Source: a virus
Direction: 5' to 3' (one strand)
IMG/VR virus record: IMGVR_UViG_3300025890_000018
Length of the DNA: 64,000 nt
The notes under the pieces are model-generated. The model made no database searches. It was not told the DNA's origin and worked only from the letters and a program-made list of their open reading frames with translations. Positions 1 through 8,411 of the stretch are shown here, in pieces; the first letter of the stretch is position 1, and each line of letters begins with the position of its first letter. The translations under genes and the position numbers were made by a program.

Positions 1-591
1 GGTAAACATTACTAAGGATGATTTTGACACAAAATTTTCTACATTATTACTACAATGAAAATGAATACTAGGAAATACTACTAACTTATTAAATTCAAAT
101 TCAAATTGATTTGCTATACTAAATCCTATTTTATCATTATTCATTATATGGGACAATTCTAAAGTATCTGGTAATTTTAAGGCTTTATTCCATTTTTCTA
201 TAATGTTTCTATTTTCTAATGGTAATAATTTATTATAATTGCTATTATAATATGGATCTAAACTGTAACTAAAATTATGCGCGTATTGATCAAAAACTGT
301 AACCCCTCCTTGTGGTTCAAGGTCAAGGGGCAAAATGCACGTAAATTTAGAAGTATATTCATTTCTAGAATCTGTGTGAATTCTATAAGGTTCTTGAAGT
401 TCATACACTTCTGCTTTTCTAATATTTCCATATGGAGATATTTTATCTCTAATCGATTGAGGAACATTAATCTGGTAAAGATTAAGTTTTTTACCTTCAT
501 TTGAAATATACGTATTAGGATGCAGTTTTAATTCTTCAATAAATAATAATTCAATATCAGTTAAAAAATTAGGAATTTCAAAAGTGAGCAT
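1..591 (-). CDS. Cupin/2OG-Fe(II) oxygenase-like protein, partial (3' end lies beyond the left edge)
   Basis: Absent from the ORF track because it runs off the window. My minus-strand translation from ATG 591..589 is stop-free for 197 codons down to position 1 (MLTFEIPNFLTDIELLFIEELK...). It has 'YRIHTDS' (H-x-D) and a distal 'PSIHFHC' His, as in Fe(II) facial triads. Confidence 0.55.
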   Translation of the reverse strand, partial: MLTFEIPNFLTDIELLFIEELKLHPNTYISNEGKKLNLYQINVPQSIRDKISPYGNIRKAEVYELQEPYRIHTDSRNEYTSKFTCILPLDLEPQGGVTVFDQYAHNFSYSLDPYYNSNYNKLLPLENRNIIEKWNKALKLPDTLELSHIMNNDKIGFSIANQFEFEFNKLVVFPSIHFHCSNNVENFVSKSSLVMFT

Positions 592-1303
592 AATTCAATC
601 TTATAAAGAAATTATTTTAGGTTATGATTATATATCCTTAGATAACTGGTCTTTAGATATGCCAGATTTATCTAACTTGCCAGAATACTATTGGCAAATA
701 CCATATGGCGATGATGAAAATGATTCGTATAATGAAAATGCTTTAAGATCGTCTACACTAAATGATGATATAAAATCCGTAGGTTGGAGTGGATTAATTT
801 TAAAAAATAAAAGTGGCAATTATACGGACAATGCTATTGATAATATACACCCATCATATGATAGTTTATCTGATCTTATACAAACTTACAGAAAATTTAA
901 AGGAAAATTCACAGAAGTATCTGAATATTTACCGAATACAACTAGTTTTATTAAAAATGATTTAGAAAAATATTTCACAATAGGTCATGCATATATTTTA
1001 AAAGTGACATCACATGGATTTATTAAAGAACACAGAGATATTCCAGCAAAGTATAATAGTAAAATACATAAAAATTATAATATGCTTAACACTTTTATGA
1101 TGCCGATTAATGATCCAAGTAATTCTTATTTTATTTTAAATAAAAAACAAATGCCTTTAGCCCAAAACAGAGTATTATGGTTTAATAGTTCATTACCTCA
1201 TCTTTATTTTAATATGTCAAATAAAAGTAAATATTTCTTGTTGTTTACTGGTTTGGCTAAAAAGAATTGGATTGAGATGACAGTAGGTAATATGTTGCAT
1301 TGA
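584..1303 (+). CDS. Hypothetical protein, possibly cupin/hydroxylase-like
   Basis: A 239-aa ORF, which is long for AT-rich DNA. 'GFIKEHRDIP' (H-x-D) and a later 'LPHLYF' are only weakly suggestive. The start is uncertain: GTG 584 overlaps the divergent start at 591, and ATG 659 is the alternative. Confidence 0.45.
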   Translation: MSIIQSYKEIILGYDYISLDNWSLDMPDLSNLPEYYWQIPYGDDENDSYNENALRSSTLNDDIKSVGWSGLILKNKSGNYTDNAIDNIHPSYDSLSDLIQTYRKFKGKFTEVSEYLPNTTSFIKNDLEKYFTIGHAYILKVTSHGFIKEHRDIPAKYNSKIHKNYNMLNTFMMPINDPSNSYFILNKKQMPLAQNRVLWFNSSLPHLYFNMSNKSKYFLLFTGLAKKNWIEMTVGNMLH

Positions 1304-1798
1304 TCCAGTCCCGGTAACATCTATTTGGTTTTCTAAAATATGCCATTTATAATTCGTCACATTTGATAACTTATTACTGAGATAAGATAGATATCTTTTT
1401 GCTCCACCTTCAATTGATATAAATATAGAATCTAGATTATGTTGTGATGCAATTTCTAAATGGATAGGTACTATGGATAAACTTGTTATATCAGAATCTT
1501 TTATATATTTCCCAAATGTCGGCGCTCTTAGAGATTGTGCTTTCCACACTCTGTTCATCGTTCTTGCTTTATTACCGTAATAAGGTTTTTTATATAATGT
1601 GGATAACAAAACAATCTTATCATTTATTGTACCAAATGTTACTGCCAATTGGTTATCTAAATCAAAATTTTTTTCTGAATAATTTTTACTTAATGGATCA
1701 TCAGATAAATGTATTTGCTCTAGCAAATTTAAAAGAGCTAAAGTACTGTCTTTATTTTCGTAGGGAGTAAATGTGTGATATTTCAACAAATTAGTCAT
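1217..1798 (-). CDS. Hypothetical protein
   Basis: A 193-aa ORF in AT-rich DNA with no motif I recognise. Its 3' end overlaps the convergent gene 584..1303 by 87 nt. Confidence 0.45.
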   Translation of the reverse strand: MTNLLKYHTFTPYENKDSTLALLNLLEQIHLSDDPLSKNYSEKNFDLDNQLAVTFGTINDKIVLLSTLYKKPYYGNKARTMNRVWKAQSLRAPTFGKYIKDSDITSLSIVPIHLEIASQHNLDSIFISIEGGAKRYLSYLSNKLSNVTNYKWHILENQIDVTGTGSMQHITYCHLNPILFSQTSKQQEIFTFI

Positions 1799-2191
1799 GG
1801 TACAGCTTTACAGTGGATTAAAAATAATGAATCTCTTAAAGGCACTATTCATGAAGATTTTCATAAATGGATACTACATCTTTCCGAATCAAAATTAAAA
1901 TATTTTCTTAAAGGAAATCATTATTGGTCTGCTGCCTTCGATAGATCTATTATTGGTATATATTACTATACTATTTATGATGACAAAATGTATGATGGTT
2001 ATTTAATATCAGATAGACCGACTGTTGGTTTAAAGTTAGATAGATATCAAAGACAATATACTAAAGCAAGGTATAATTGGAAAATTAATTGGACTATGTG
2101 TAATACAAAACACTTAAAATATAACTTAAGATTAGGGTATAAAATAGCCTCAAAGAAAATTGATGACTATTATTATATGTATAGAAAATGA
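1775..2191 (+). CDS. Hypothetical protein
   Basis: A 138-aa ORF whose stop overlaps the downstream aminotransferase start (ATGA at 2188), suggesting translational coupling. The GTG start overlaps the divergent start at 1798. Confidence 0.45.
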   Translation: MIFQQISHGTALQWIKNNESLKGTIHEDFHKWILHLSESKLKYFLKGNHYWSAAFDRSIIGIYYYTIYDDKMYDGYLISDRPTVGLKLDRYQRQYTKARYNWKINWTMCNTKHLKYNLRLGYKIASKKIDDYYYMYRK

Positions 2192-3240
2192 TTGAACTTG
2201 GTAGTTTTGTAAAACCATTTATTAAACCACAACAAATAGAAAAAGCGCATGACTATACAATATATTTGGACGGAGTTCCATATATTGATACTATGTCTGG
2301 ATTGTGGTGCACTCCTTTAGGATATTCTGTACAGAATATTAAAGATAGAATATATTCTCAATTAAATGATTTGCCTTTCTATAATAATTATTTTGAAAGC
2401 CAATGTAAGGTGACCGAAGAATATGCTGAAAGACTTTGCAGTATCACTGAAATGGATAGAGTATATTTCTCACTAAGTGGCTCGGCCGCTGTAGAAACTG
2501 CTATAAAATTAGCTCATCACAAAAGGCCGACCGGCAAATGCTGTGTATTTAGAAGAAGCTATCATGGAGCTTCGGTTCTGTCTGGATATACATCTGACTA
2601 TGATCTTCATTCGTTTCATAAACTAAAAGCACCAATTGAGGTACATTATTACAAACCTGATATTGATCTCGCAGACATGAGCTTTGTTCTTATTGAACCT
2701 ATTATTTGTGCCGGCGGAGTTCATAGACACGATGATTCAATATGGTGGGATTTACTCGAATATCAATTAAATGGAGGCATTGTTATATTTGATGAGACAG
2801 TTACAGGATTTGGTAAAACGGGTACAATGTTTGCAAAACAATGGGCACTTATAGAACCGGATATCATGATACTTGGGAAAGCAATTACAAATGGTTATAT
2901 GCCTTATGCTGCAACCCTTATGAAAAAGGAAATGCTACCAAATAAAACATTTGAACATGGTTACACTTGTTCTGGTCATCCAGTAGCCTCTGCTGCTGCT
3001 TTAGCAATGCTTGATGAATTAGATAAAATTCAATTTAGAGATGATTATATGGGAGCTTTCCAATTTGATTCTATAAGAAAGGCTTTAAAATTCAAACAAC
3101 ACATGAAATCTTCGGGGTTTATTACTGAACTTTCAAGTAGCGATCCTTGTAGAGTAGTATATTGTTTGCCGTATATTATAAGTGAAAAAGACAAAGAAAG
3201 ATTTTTTGAGGCTTCCGATGAATACATTCACAGCAATTAA
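2188..3240 (+). CDS. Class III PLP-dependent aminotransferase (compact, 350 aa)
   Basis: 'FDETVTGFGKTGTMFA' matches the class III DEV-TGFGRTG motif. 'ILGKAITNGYMP' is the PLP-lysine region, and 'GHPVASAAALA' follows it. Confidence 0.8.
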   Translation: MIELGSFVKPFIKPQQIEKAHDYTIYLDGVPYIDTMSGLWCTPLGYSVQNIKDRIYSQLNDLPFYNNYFESQCKVTEEYAERLCSITEMDRVYFSLSGSAAVETAIKLAHHKRPTGKCCVFRRSYHGASVLSGYTSDYDLHSFHKLKAPIEVHYYKPDIDLADMSFVLIEPIICAGGVHRHDDSIWWDLLEYQLNGGIVIFDETVTGFGKTGTMFAKQWALIEPDIMILGKAITNGYMPYAATLMKKEMLPNKTFEHGYTCSGHPVASAAALAMLDELDKIQFRDDYMGAFQFDSIRKALKFKQHMKSSGFITELSSSDPCRVVYCLPYIISEKDKERFFEASDEYIHSN

Positions 3241-3814
3241 TTTAGATATAGAGAAATATATACCAGTAATGTTAAGCGAAATTATTGCTGTAAAAGAAGG
3301 CTGGTATTTTAATGAATTTCGAAACTGTGAAATTATAAGACTTCATGATGGAAAAAATAATGATTGGAATGAATATGGATTTGCCTGTCCAACTTTACAG
3401 CATATTGTAGAGGAATATGTTTTTCCATGGATGGATCCAAAGGGTAAGGTTAATGTATTAAAGACTCAACCGCACGATCCTCTTCATATTCATTTAGATA
3501 CAAAACCTCAGGAAATAGGAACACTTCAAGACAAATTCAGAATAGTTTTAAAAGGTTCTATACAAGAATTATTCTTTATAGGATCACAGAAAGAAAAAGT
3601 TTCTATTCCTCAGCATTACAGTCAATATATATTAGATGGTGCGCATCCACACGGATTATATCCACATCCAGAAGAAAAAGTAACTTTGTGTATCGGATCT
3701 CCTTGGAATGGAAAGAGAACAAAGGAGTATGCCGATATGCTACATAATAGTACACTATTCTCAATGAAGGTAGCAAGACCTGAAATAGAAAAGGAATGGT
3801 CTGAATATGACTAA
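3218..3814 (+). CDS. Cupin/aspartyl-asparaginyl beta-hydroxylase-like oxygenase
   Basis: 'LHIHLDTKP' (H-x-D) and 'LDGAHPHG' are present. ATG 3218 (MNTFTAINLD) is preferred to the track start 3182, which lies deep inside the aminotransferase gene. Confidence 0.55.
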   Translation: MNTFTAINLDIEKYIPVMLSEIIAVKEGWYFNEFRNCEIIRLHDGKNNDWNEYGFACPTLQHIVEEYVFPWMDPKGKVNVLKTQPHDPLHIHLDTKPQEIGTLQDKFRIVLKGSIQELFFIGSQKEKVSIPQHYSQYILDGAHPHGLYPHPEEKVTLCIGSPWNGKRTKEYADMLHNSTLFSMKVARPEIEKEWSEYD

Positions 3815-4646
3815 TTACAGATTGCCTGAATATAATTGGATGTCTTCGACAAAAGCAAATCAATGGTATTATGATCAAGGTAAAATAACAAAGCAAACTC
3901 GTGATTTTTATAATGATAGAACAGCTAAATTTAAAATGCTGTATCATCAACAGTTAAATAAAGTTGCTGAATTGCAAAATATCCCCTTTTATAAAATAGA
4001 TTTTGATATAGATCATGAAAAAATTAAAGAAGAACTAGAATCTGTTTTACATATGAAACAAGATATCAAGAGAGGATCCACTAAAGGTTGGTTTAGTATT
4101 GCTTTATATGATGTAATTGATAATACCGCTGACAGTACTACACTTCATTCTGGTGCAAAAGAAGATTTTCATATTGACTATCATAACGACGGCAGTCCTG
4201 TTTGGAAAGTTACAGATGCCGGCAGATTATGTCCATATACTATTGAAACCGTATTAAAGATGACAGATAATCCTAATAGAATTCACTTTCGCAGTCTTCC
4301 ACCAGAAAGCGTAGTTCGTTGGCACACTCATGTTCGATTACCGCAAGTAGCAAATACTATAGAAAAAAAGGAATTTTATCACGAGTTTCCAGTACATATT
4401 CCAACAATCACTAATAAATACTGTTATGCGATGGTGGGTGATACGGAAGAATTCATTCACTCAAAAGAAGATTATACAGTTAGAAATTTTGTAGGAAAGC
4501 ACTTTCCTTTGGGTGAAGTCTGGGGATTAAATAGTGCTAAGAACCATCAAGTTTGGAACGGTGGTGACGAAGAAAGATGGCATCTTTTCTTTTATACAAA
4601 TTTTTTAGGTTACGAAAACACAAATAAGTTCGCGAGGTTTTTATGA
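3807..4646 (+). CDS. Aspartyl/asparaginyl beta-hydroxylase-family 2OG oxygenase-like protein
   Basis: 'VRWHTHV' and the C-terminal 'GEVWGLNSAKNHQVWNGGDEERWHLFF' resemble the Asp/Asn hydroxylase-fold C-terminal signature (G-E-x-F-D-x-x-H-x-x-N-x-x-x-x-R-x-x-L). Confidence 0.55.
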   Translation: MTNYRLPEYNWMSSTKANQWYYDQGKITKQTRDFYNDRTAKFKMLYHQQLNKVAELQNIPFYKIDFDIDHEKIKEELESVLHMKQDIKRGSTKGWFSIALYDVIDNTADSTTLHSGAKEDFHIDYHNDGSPVWKVTDAGRLCPYTIETVLKMTDNPNRIHFRSLPPESVVRWHTHVRLPQVANTIEKKEFYHEFPVHIPTITNKYCYAMVGDTEEFIHSKEDYTVRNFVGKHFPLGEVWGLNSAKNHQVWNGGDEERWHLFFYTNFLGYENTNKFARFL

Positions 4647-5251
4647 GTTACACATTTGAATTCGGTCAAGATTTTAATTTATTAAAAGAAATTCTAATGA
4701 GCAGAACAGATTTAGATTACCCATATCAAATGGATAACTTTTTTGATACAATGGGCTCAGTTACCAGATCTGAGCTTGTATACTTTGAAATGATTGGAAT
4801 AGAAAATTTACCAGAAAATAAAAAATTCACTTTATTTGCAAAAGATGAAGACGGTAAGGTCGTAGCAACATACGGGGCAAGAGTTTTAGATTTTTCTGAA
4901 TATGCGGCTTTTTTTAAAATTAGAACAGAATTTACCAATGGAATCTATCATAATCCTACAATGCCTGAAGGTGTGCAATGGTACAGCAGTTGTCAGTGGG
5001 TACATTCAGACCATAGAGGCAAAAGACTCGGTATTGATATGGATAGAATGAAAAAAGATAAAATTTGGGAACTTGGTGGTGATATAAACTATGCAAATTG
5101 TAGAGAAAAATTAGTCGATTATCATATTAGTTCAGACGGTCTTGCATATGATGTTGTACAACCTCAGGCATATATCCCTTCTGGTGGTGTAGGTGGAGCA
5201 GGTTCTAACGAGGATAAAAATTATTTTCTTGTTTATGAAATTCTGACTTAA
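4643..5251 (+). CDS. GNAT-like acyl/acetyltransferase (tentative)
   Basis: 'WVHSDHRGKRLGIDM' resembles GNAT motif A (R/Q-x-x-G-x-G/A). ATGA overlap with the upstream gene. Confidence 0.4.
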   Translation: MSYTFEFGQDFNLLKEILMSRTDLDYPYQMDNFFDTMGSVTRSELVYFEMIGIENLPENKKFTLFAKDEDGKVVATYGARVLDFSEYAAFFKIRTEFTNGIYHNPTMPEGVQWYSSCQWVHSDHRGKRLGIDMDRMKKDKIWELGGDINYANCREKLVDYHISSDGLAYDVVQPQAYIPSGGVGGAGSNEDKNYFLVYEILT

Positions 5252-5888
5252 TGATATCTAAATTTAAAATATAGGGTTCATAATCAATAGTATATTCTTT
5301 ATAATGTGGATCGCAGTAAATATTAAACATATCACATAAAGAATCATGAGAAACATCTTCTAGATATATTTTAGAACCTTTATGCGTTTCTGATAAAGTA
5401 TATTCTTCAAACCACCACTTCACTCTATTTACGTTTACAAGAAAAGGTTTTAGATTAGAAACCATTTCATCTTGTCTATTGTGTGTTGTACGTACATTCC
5501 ATTTCAAATAAGACTGTATTTCATAACTCAAATATGCTCTCCACCTATCTTTTCTCAACAAAATAATTTTATCCCAATCTTTATAAAATTCATCAAACCA
5601 TTCTCTATAGTTTTTAACTTGATATGCTAAGACTTTTACAGAATATTCTCTACCAAAGGTTCTTTCATTTTCTAGAAAAGTCGATTTTTCTGATACTGAG
5701 TTAAGTATAGGTAAATGATGTAAATGATATGAAGGTTCATATTGCGTGTAAAAGGCATTCCATCTTACATTAAAAAACTCGGTTGATGGTCCTAAAACAT
5801 TAAGTCCGTAAAATTTTTCATTTGCTCTTTTAACGTACATATCTAAAAATGTAGAACCGCACCTTGCATGTGATATTATCATATACAT
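5205..5888 (-). CDS. Stf0-like sulfotransferase
   Basis: N-terminal 'IISHARCGSTFL' matches the PAPS 5'-phosphosulfate-binding loop (R-S/C-G-S-T). It is a paralog of 6722..7288: both share the N-terminal R-[SC]-G-S-T-F PAPS-binding loop and similar size, though I did not align them further. Confidence 0.6.
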   Translation of the reverse strand: MYMIISHARCGSTFLDMYVKRANEKFYGLNVLGPSTEFFNVRWNAFYTQYEPSYHLHHLPILNSVSEKSTFLENERTFGREYSVKVLAYQVKNYREWFDEFYKDWDKIILLRKDRWRAYLSYEIQSYLKWNVRTTHNRQDEMVSNLKPFLVNVNRVKWWFEEYTLSETHKGSKIYLEDVSHDSLCDMFNIYCDPHYKEYTIDYEPYILNLDIIKSEFHKQENNFYPR

Positions 5889-6337
5889 CCTACAATATGA
5901 ATCCTTTCTTCAAATGATGCATTAATTGCAGTGTGCCATAATGTAGTGTCGATCAGATGCCATTTACCATTAGCTGGATATCTTCGTACTTCGTCATCAA
6001 TAATAAACATACACTTTTCATTTGTAATAATAGGAATATGAATTCTTTTTGAAAAATCTTTATGGTATGTGTAACATGTCTTCGGTTTCATTTTCATTAA
6101 TCTTGTTCGATGCATACCAAGCATTTCAATAATAGAATTTGTATAGTGTAGTTCTTCGAATAAAGGCACAGTAAATTCTTCTTCGGTGTGACTAAGCTGT
6201 TTTTGCCCTTGCAGCATCACTCTACCTATGCCATAAAATGGATCATCAATTCCTTCGACCGTTTGTAACATAATTTGACTATCATATTCAGGTAATGATT
6301 TAATTTCTAATAAAATTTTTTCAATATCTATGGACAT
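5879..6337 (-). CDS. Aspartyl/asparaginyl beta-hydroxylase-like 2OG oxygenase
   Basis: 'CYTYHKDFSKRIHIPI' and 'LWHTAINASFEERIHIV' fit the hydroxylase-fold signature. I chose the internal ATG at 6337 (MSIDIEK) because the track start at 6379 overlaps the upstream gene by 52 nt. Confidence 0.55.
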   Translation of the reverse strand: MSIDIEKILLEIKSLPEYDSQIMLQTVEGIDDPFYGIGRVMLQGQKQLSHTEEEFTVPLFEELHYTNSIIEMLGMHRTRLMKMKPKTCYTYHKDFSKRIHIPIITNEKCMFIIDDEVRRYPANGKWHLIDTTLWHTAINASFEERIHIVGCI

Positions 6338-6750
6338 ACTGTTATTTCTTTTACTCGATGTGGTTGTTCTAATATCCAATCAATAACTGAAATGCAATAT
6401 TCTATTGACATCTTAGGTTTATTTATATGTTCAACTCTAGGTGTATCAAAATATCCAAACCTTACGTTAGTTGTATTTACACCTTGGTAAAATAGTTGAT
6501 CATTCGCCTTGTCTAACGCAAACTTTTCGATAGCATACTTATGTGGTTTGCGCTTTGTTTCATCTGGTGCATTGGAACCAATATTAATAATTCTTTTTTT
6601 AAGCGCAGCTGCTTCATATAACAAATCAACTTGATTTTCATGCTTACAATTTATAAACACATCGCATTCTTCAATTGTTAACACTGTGGGATATGTTTCG
6701 CTTAAAATCTTTCCTAGACCTCTACGTGTACCTGTTATATAAAACTTCAT
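6328..6750 (-). CDS. Short-chain dehydrogenase/reductase-like Rossmann protein (short, 140 aa)
   Basis: N-terminal 'MKFYITGTRRGLGKIL' matches the SDR T-G-x-x-x-G-x-G dinucleotide-binding motif. It is too short for a full SDR and I see no obvious YxxxK. Confidence 0.45.
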   Translation of the reverse strand: MKFYITGTRRGLGKILSETYPTVLTIEECDVFINCKHENQVDLLYEAAALKKRIINIGSNAPDETKRKPHKYAIEKFALDKANDQLFYQGVNTTNVRFGYFDTPRVEHINKPKMSIEYCISVIDWILEQPHRVKEITVCP

Positions 6751-7288
6751 AATAAGATTTAATCTCTCCTATGTTTGTAAAATATTTTTCATAATTTATA
6801 TATTTAGAAAATATTATATGATCTATTTTATACTCTATGTCTTCATAGTAGATAGTATCATAATTGAAATCATTTAATCTATCTTGCCAAGTCAGAAATA
6901 ACTTTAATGTATTTTTGTAGTTAAAAGCTTCTTTCGGAGTTTTATTAATCGCATGTGGAAATACAGTATTTGTTAATCGCCACTTGTTTTCATGTTGATA
7001 TAGGTGGCTAAGATATTGGTTCCACAAATTTCTTCTACGTAAGATATATATTTCTTCTGGCTTATAAAAACGTTGAAACCAATCTAAATGTTCTTCTATA
7101 TGATGTATATGAACTTTATAACAATATTCTTTACCGAGCTTTCTTTCTGATTCTAAGAATTGAATAGGGTTTCCTTCCCAAAATGGTTCGTCACTTCTAC
7201 ATGTTTTAAGTAACTTATTTTCATTAAGTAACCACTTAATAGCAAACGTAGATCCGGATCGCGGTGTACATAATAAAACTTTTTTCAT
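6722..7288 (-). CDS. Stf0-like sulfotransferase
   Basis: 'VLLCTPRSGSTFAIKWL' is a PAPS-binding loop. Paralog of 5205..5888. Confidence 0.6.
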   Translation of the reverse strand: MKKVLLCTPRSGSTFAIKWLLNENKLLKTCRSDEPFWEGNPIQFLESERKLGKEYCYKVHIHHIEEHLDWFQRFYKPEEIYILRRRNLWNQYLSHLYQHENKWRLTNTVFPHAINKTPKEAFNYKNTLKLFLTWQDRLNDFNYDTIYYEDIEYKIDHIIFSKYINYEKYFTNIGEIKSYYEVLYNRYT

Positions 7289-7306
7289 TTTAAGTGCATT
7301 TTTTCC

Positions 7307-7335
7307 TGTACATTACTGAAAAACTGTGGTATAAT
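7307..7335 (+). promoter_or_regulatory. Sigma70-type early promoter cassette
   Basis: -35 TGTACA (7307..7312), 17-nt spacer, extended -10 TGgTATAAT (TATAAT at 7330..7335). It is followed by ATATCTATAA, a one-mismatch variant of the repeated 22-mer. Confidence 0.6.
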
Positions 7336-7368
7336 ATATCTATAAAATAAACAAAGAGGAGTTTTATA

Positions 7369-7545
7369 ATGGTTAAGTTTGAGTTTCAGAATCCAGATCA
7401 CAATGATATTTGGAAATTTATCATTGCATTTTGTATGACAAAGCCTGAGGGCACTACTCCAAAAGCTCTTCAGTATATGCTAGCTAAAGAGCTCGGTATC
7501 GAAGCAAGTGAAACAGCTTGTGCATTAGCTGCAATCAGATTCTAG
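7369..7545 (+). CDS. Small hypothetical protein (58 aa)
   Basis: Below the ORF-track size cutoff. ATG 7369 is preceded by AAGAGGAG and is the first ORF after the early promoter. MVKFEFQNPDHNDIWKFIIAFCMTKPEG... Confidence 0.45.
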   Translation: MVKFEFQNPDHNDIWKFIIAFCMTKPEGTTPKALQYMLAKELGIEASETACALAAIRF

Positions 7546-7554
7546 GAGATTATT

Positions 7555-7626
7555 ATGGGACAGATTATTTTAGGTATCATCTTTATGTTTGCTATGGCTG
7601 CACTTCCAATCCTGATGTTTGTCTAA
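7555..7626 (+). CDS. Possible 23-aa hydrophobic micropeptide
   Basis: AGGAG lies 6 nt upstream of ATG 7555. The peptide MGQIILGIIFMFAMAALPILMFV is a single transmembrane-like helix. Its stop overlaps the next start (TAATG at 7624..7628). Confidence 0.3.
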   Translation: MGQIILGIIFMFAMAALPILMFV

Positions 7627-7823
7627 TGGCACACGAATCAGAAGTCATTAACACCAAAGGCCACCACTTAGTCGGTGTCCAATGGCCTGTCACTGGAAGT
7701 AAAGGTAACAACTACCTTGTTGGTATGTACGATTCAGGTTTCGATTGTACCTGCATTGCTTTCAGAAAGTGCAAACATATTAAATCAGTAGAGGAGCTAC
7801 TCTGTGAAGAACCCAATAGCTAA
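7626..7823 (+). CDS. SWIM zinc-finger protein
   Basis: 'FDCTCIAFRKCKHI' matches the SWIM C-x-C-x(n)-C-x-H signature. ATG 7626 (MAHESEV) is preferred to the track start 7518. Confidence 0.5.
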   Translation: MAHESEVINTKGHHLVGVQWPVTGSKGNNYLVGMYDSGFDCTCIAFRKCKHIKSVEELLCEEPNS

Positions 7824-8049
7824 ATATCTCATGTGTTCATATGCTTATTATAAAGAAGATAACCCTTTAATTTCTGATGCCGAGTTTGATGAGCTAGGTA
7901 AGTGGCTATTAGAAAACTGGGATAGTGTTGATCACCGTCATAAGTTGTATATTACAAAGCATGACCTCGAGGCTGGAACATTTCTAGGTAAGTATCCTTC
8001 AATGATTCCAGGTGCAGTCAAAAGTTATCGAAAAATAAATGCACTTTAG
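7804..8049 (+). CDS. Small protein resembling NAD-dependent DNA ligase domain Ia
   Basis: 'YAYYKEDNPLISDAEFDELGKWL' matches the LigA N-terminal pattern Y-Y-x-x-D-x-P-x-I-S-D-x-E-Y/F-D-x-L. The start may be GTG 7804 or ATG 7831. Confidence 0.5.
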   Translation: MKNPIAKYLMCSYAYYKEDNPLISDAEFDELGKWLLENWDSVDHRHKLYITKHDLEAGTFLGKYPSMIPGAVKSYRKINAL

Positions 8050-8062
8050 ATGCATTTTATCC

Positions 8063-8091
8063 TTTACATTAAGTGAAAACTGTGGTATAAT
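8063..8091 (+). promoter_or_regulatory. Sigma70-type early promoter cassette
   Basis: -35 TTTACA (8063..8068), 17-nt spacer, TGgTATAAT (TATAAT at 8086..8091). The identical 22-mer CTGTGGTATAATAGATCTATAA occupies 8080..8101. An upstream hairpin AAATGCA/TGCATTT is followed by T residues. Confidence 0.65.
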
Positions 8092-8124
8092 AGATCTATA
8101 AAATGGAAATGAGAGGAATATATA

Positions 8125-8400
8125 ATGTTAAGTAAGTCTCAAATGTCAAAGATTCAAGCCCTGTTTGTAGAAGCATCAGACGAACAGATGAGTGAAATTG
8201 CTAGTATGTTCAATGATGCTCGCAATATCAAAGTAGCTCGAGCTGCTAGGTCTTTTAAAGTTGGACAATCTGTTTCATGGTCAGGCCGTAAAGGTGCCAT
8301 GTCAGGTAAGGTTATTAAAGTTCTTAAAAAGAACATTCGTGTAAAAACTGAAGCAGATGGCATATGGAATGTTACTGCATCACTTGTAAAAGCTGCTTAA
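8125..8400 (+). CDS. Hypothetical protein
   Basis: A 91-aa ORF with GAGAGGAA upstream, the first gene after an early promoter. Confidence 0.55.
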   Translation: MLSKSQMSKIQALFVEASDEQMSEIASMFNDARNIKVARAARSFKVGQSVSWSGRKGAMSGKVIKVLKKNIRVKTEADGIWNVTASLVKAA

Positions 8401-8411
8401 GGAGATATATA

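Noticed and set aside
258-504. Track ORFs 258..500 (-) and 277..504 (+), 75-80 aa.
   Set aside because: Both lie entirely inside the 197-codon stop-free minus-strand frame (<1..591), which has a coherent oxygenase-like sequence. They are out-of-frame shadows with low-complexity composition.
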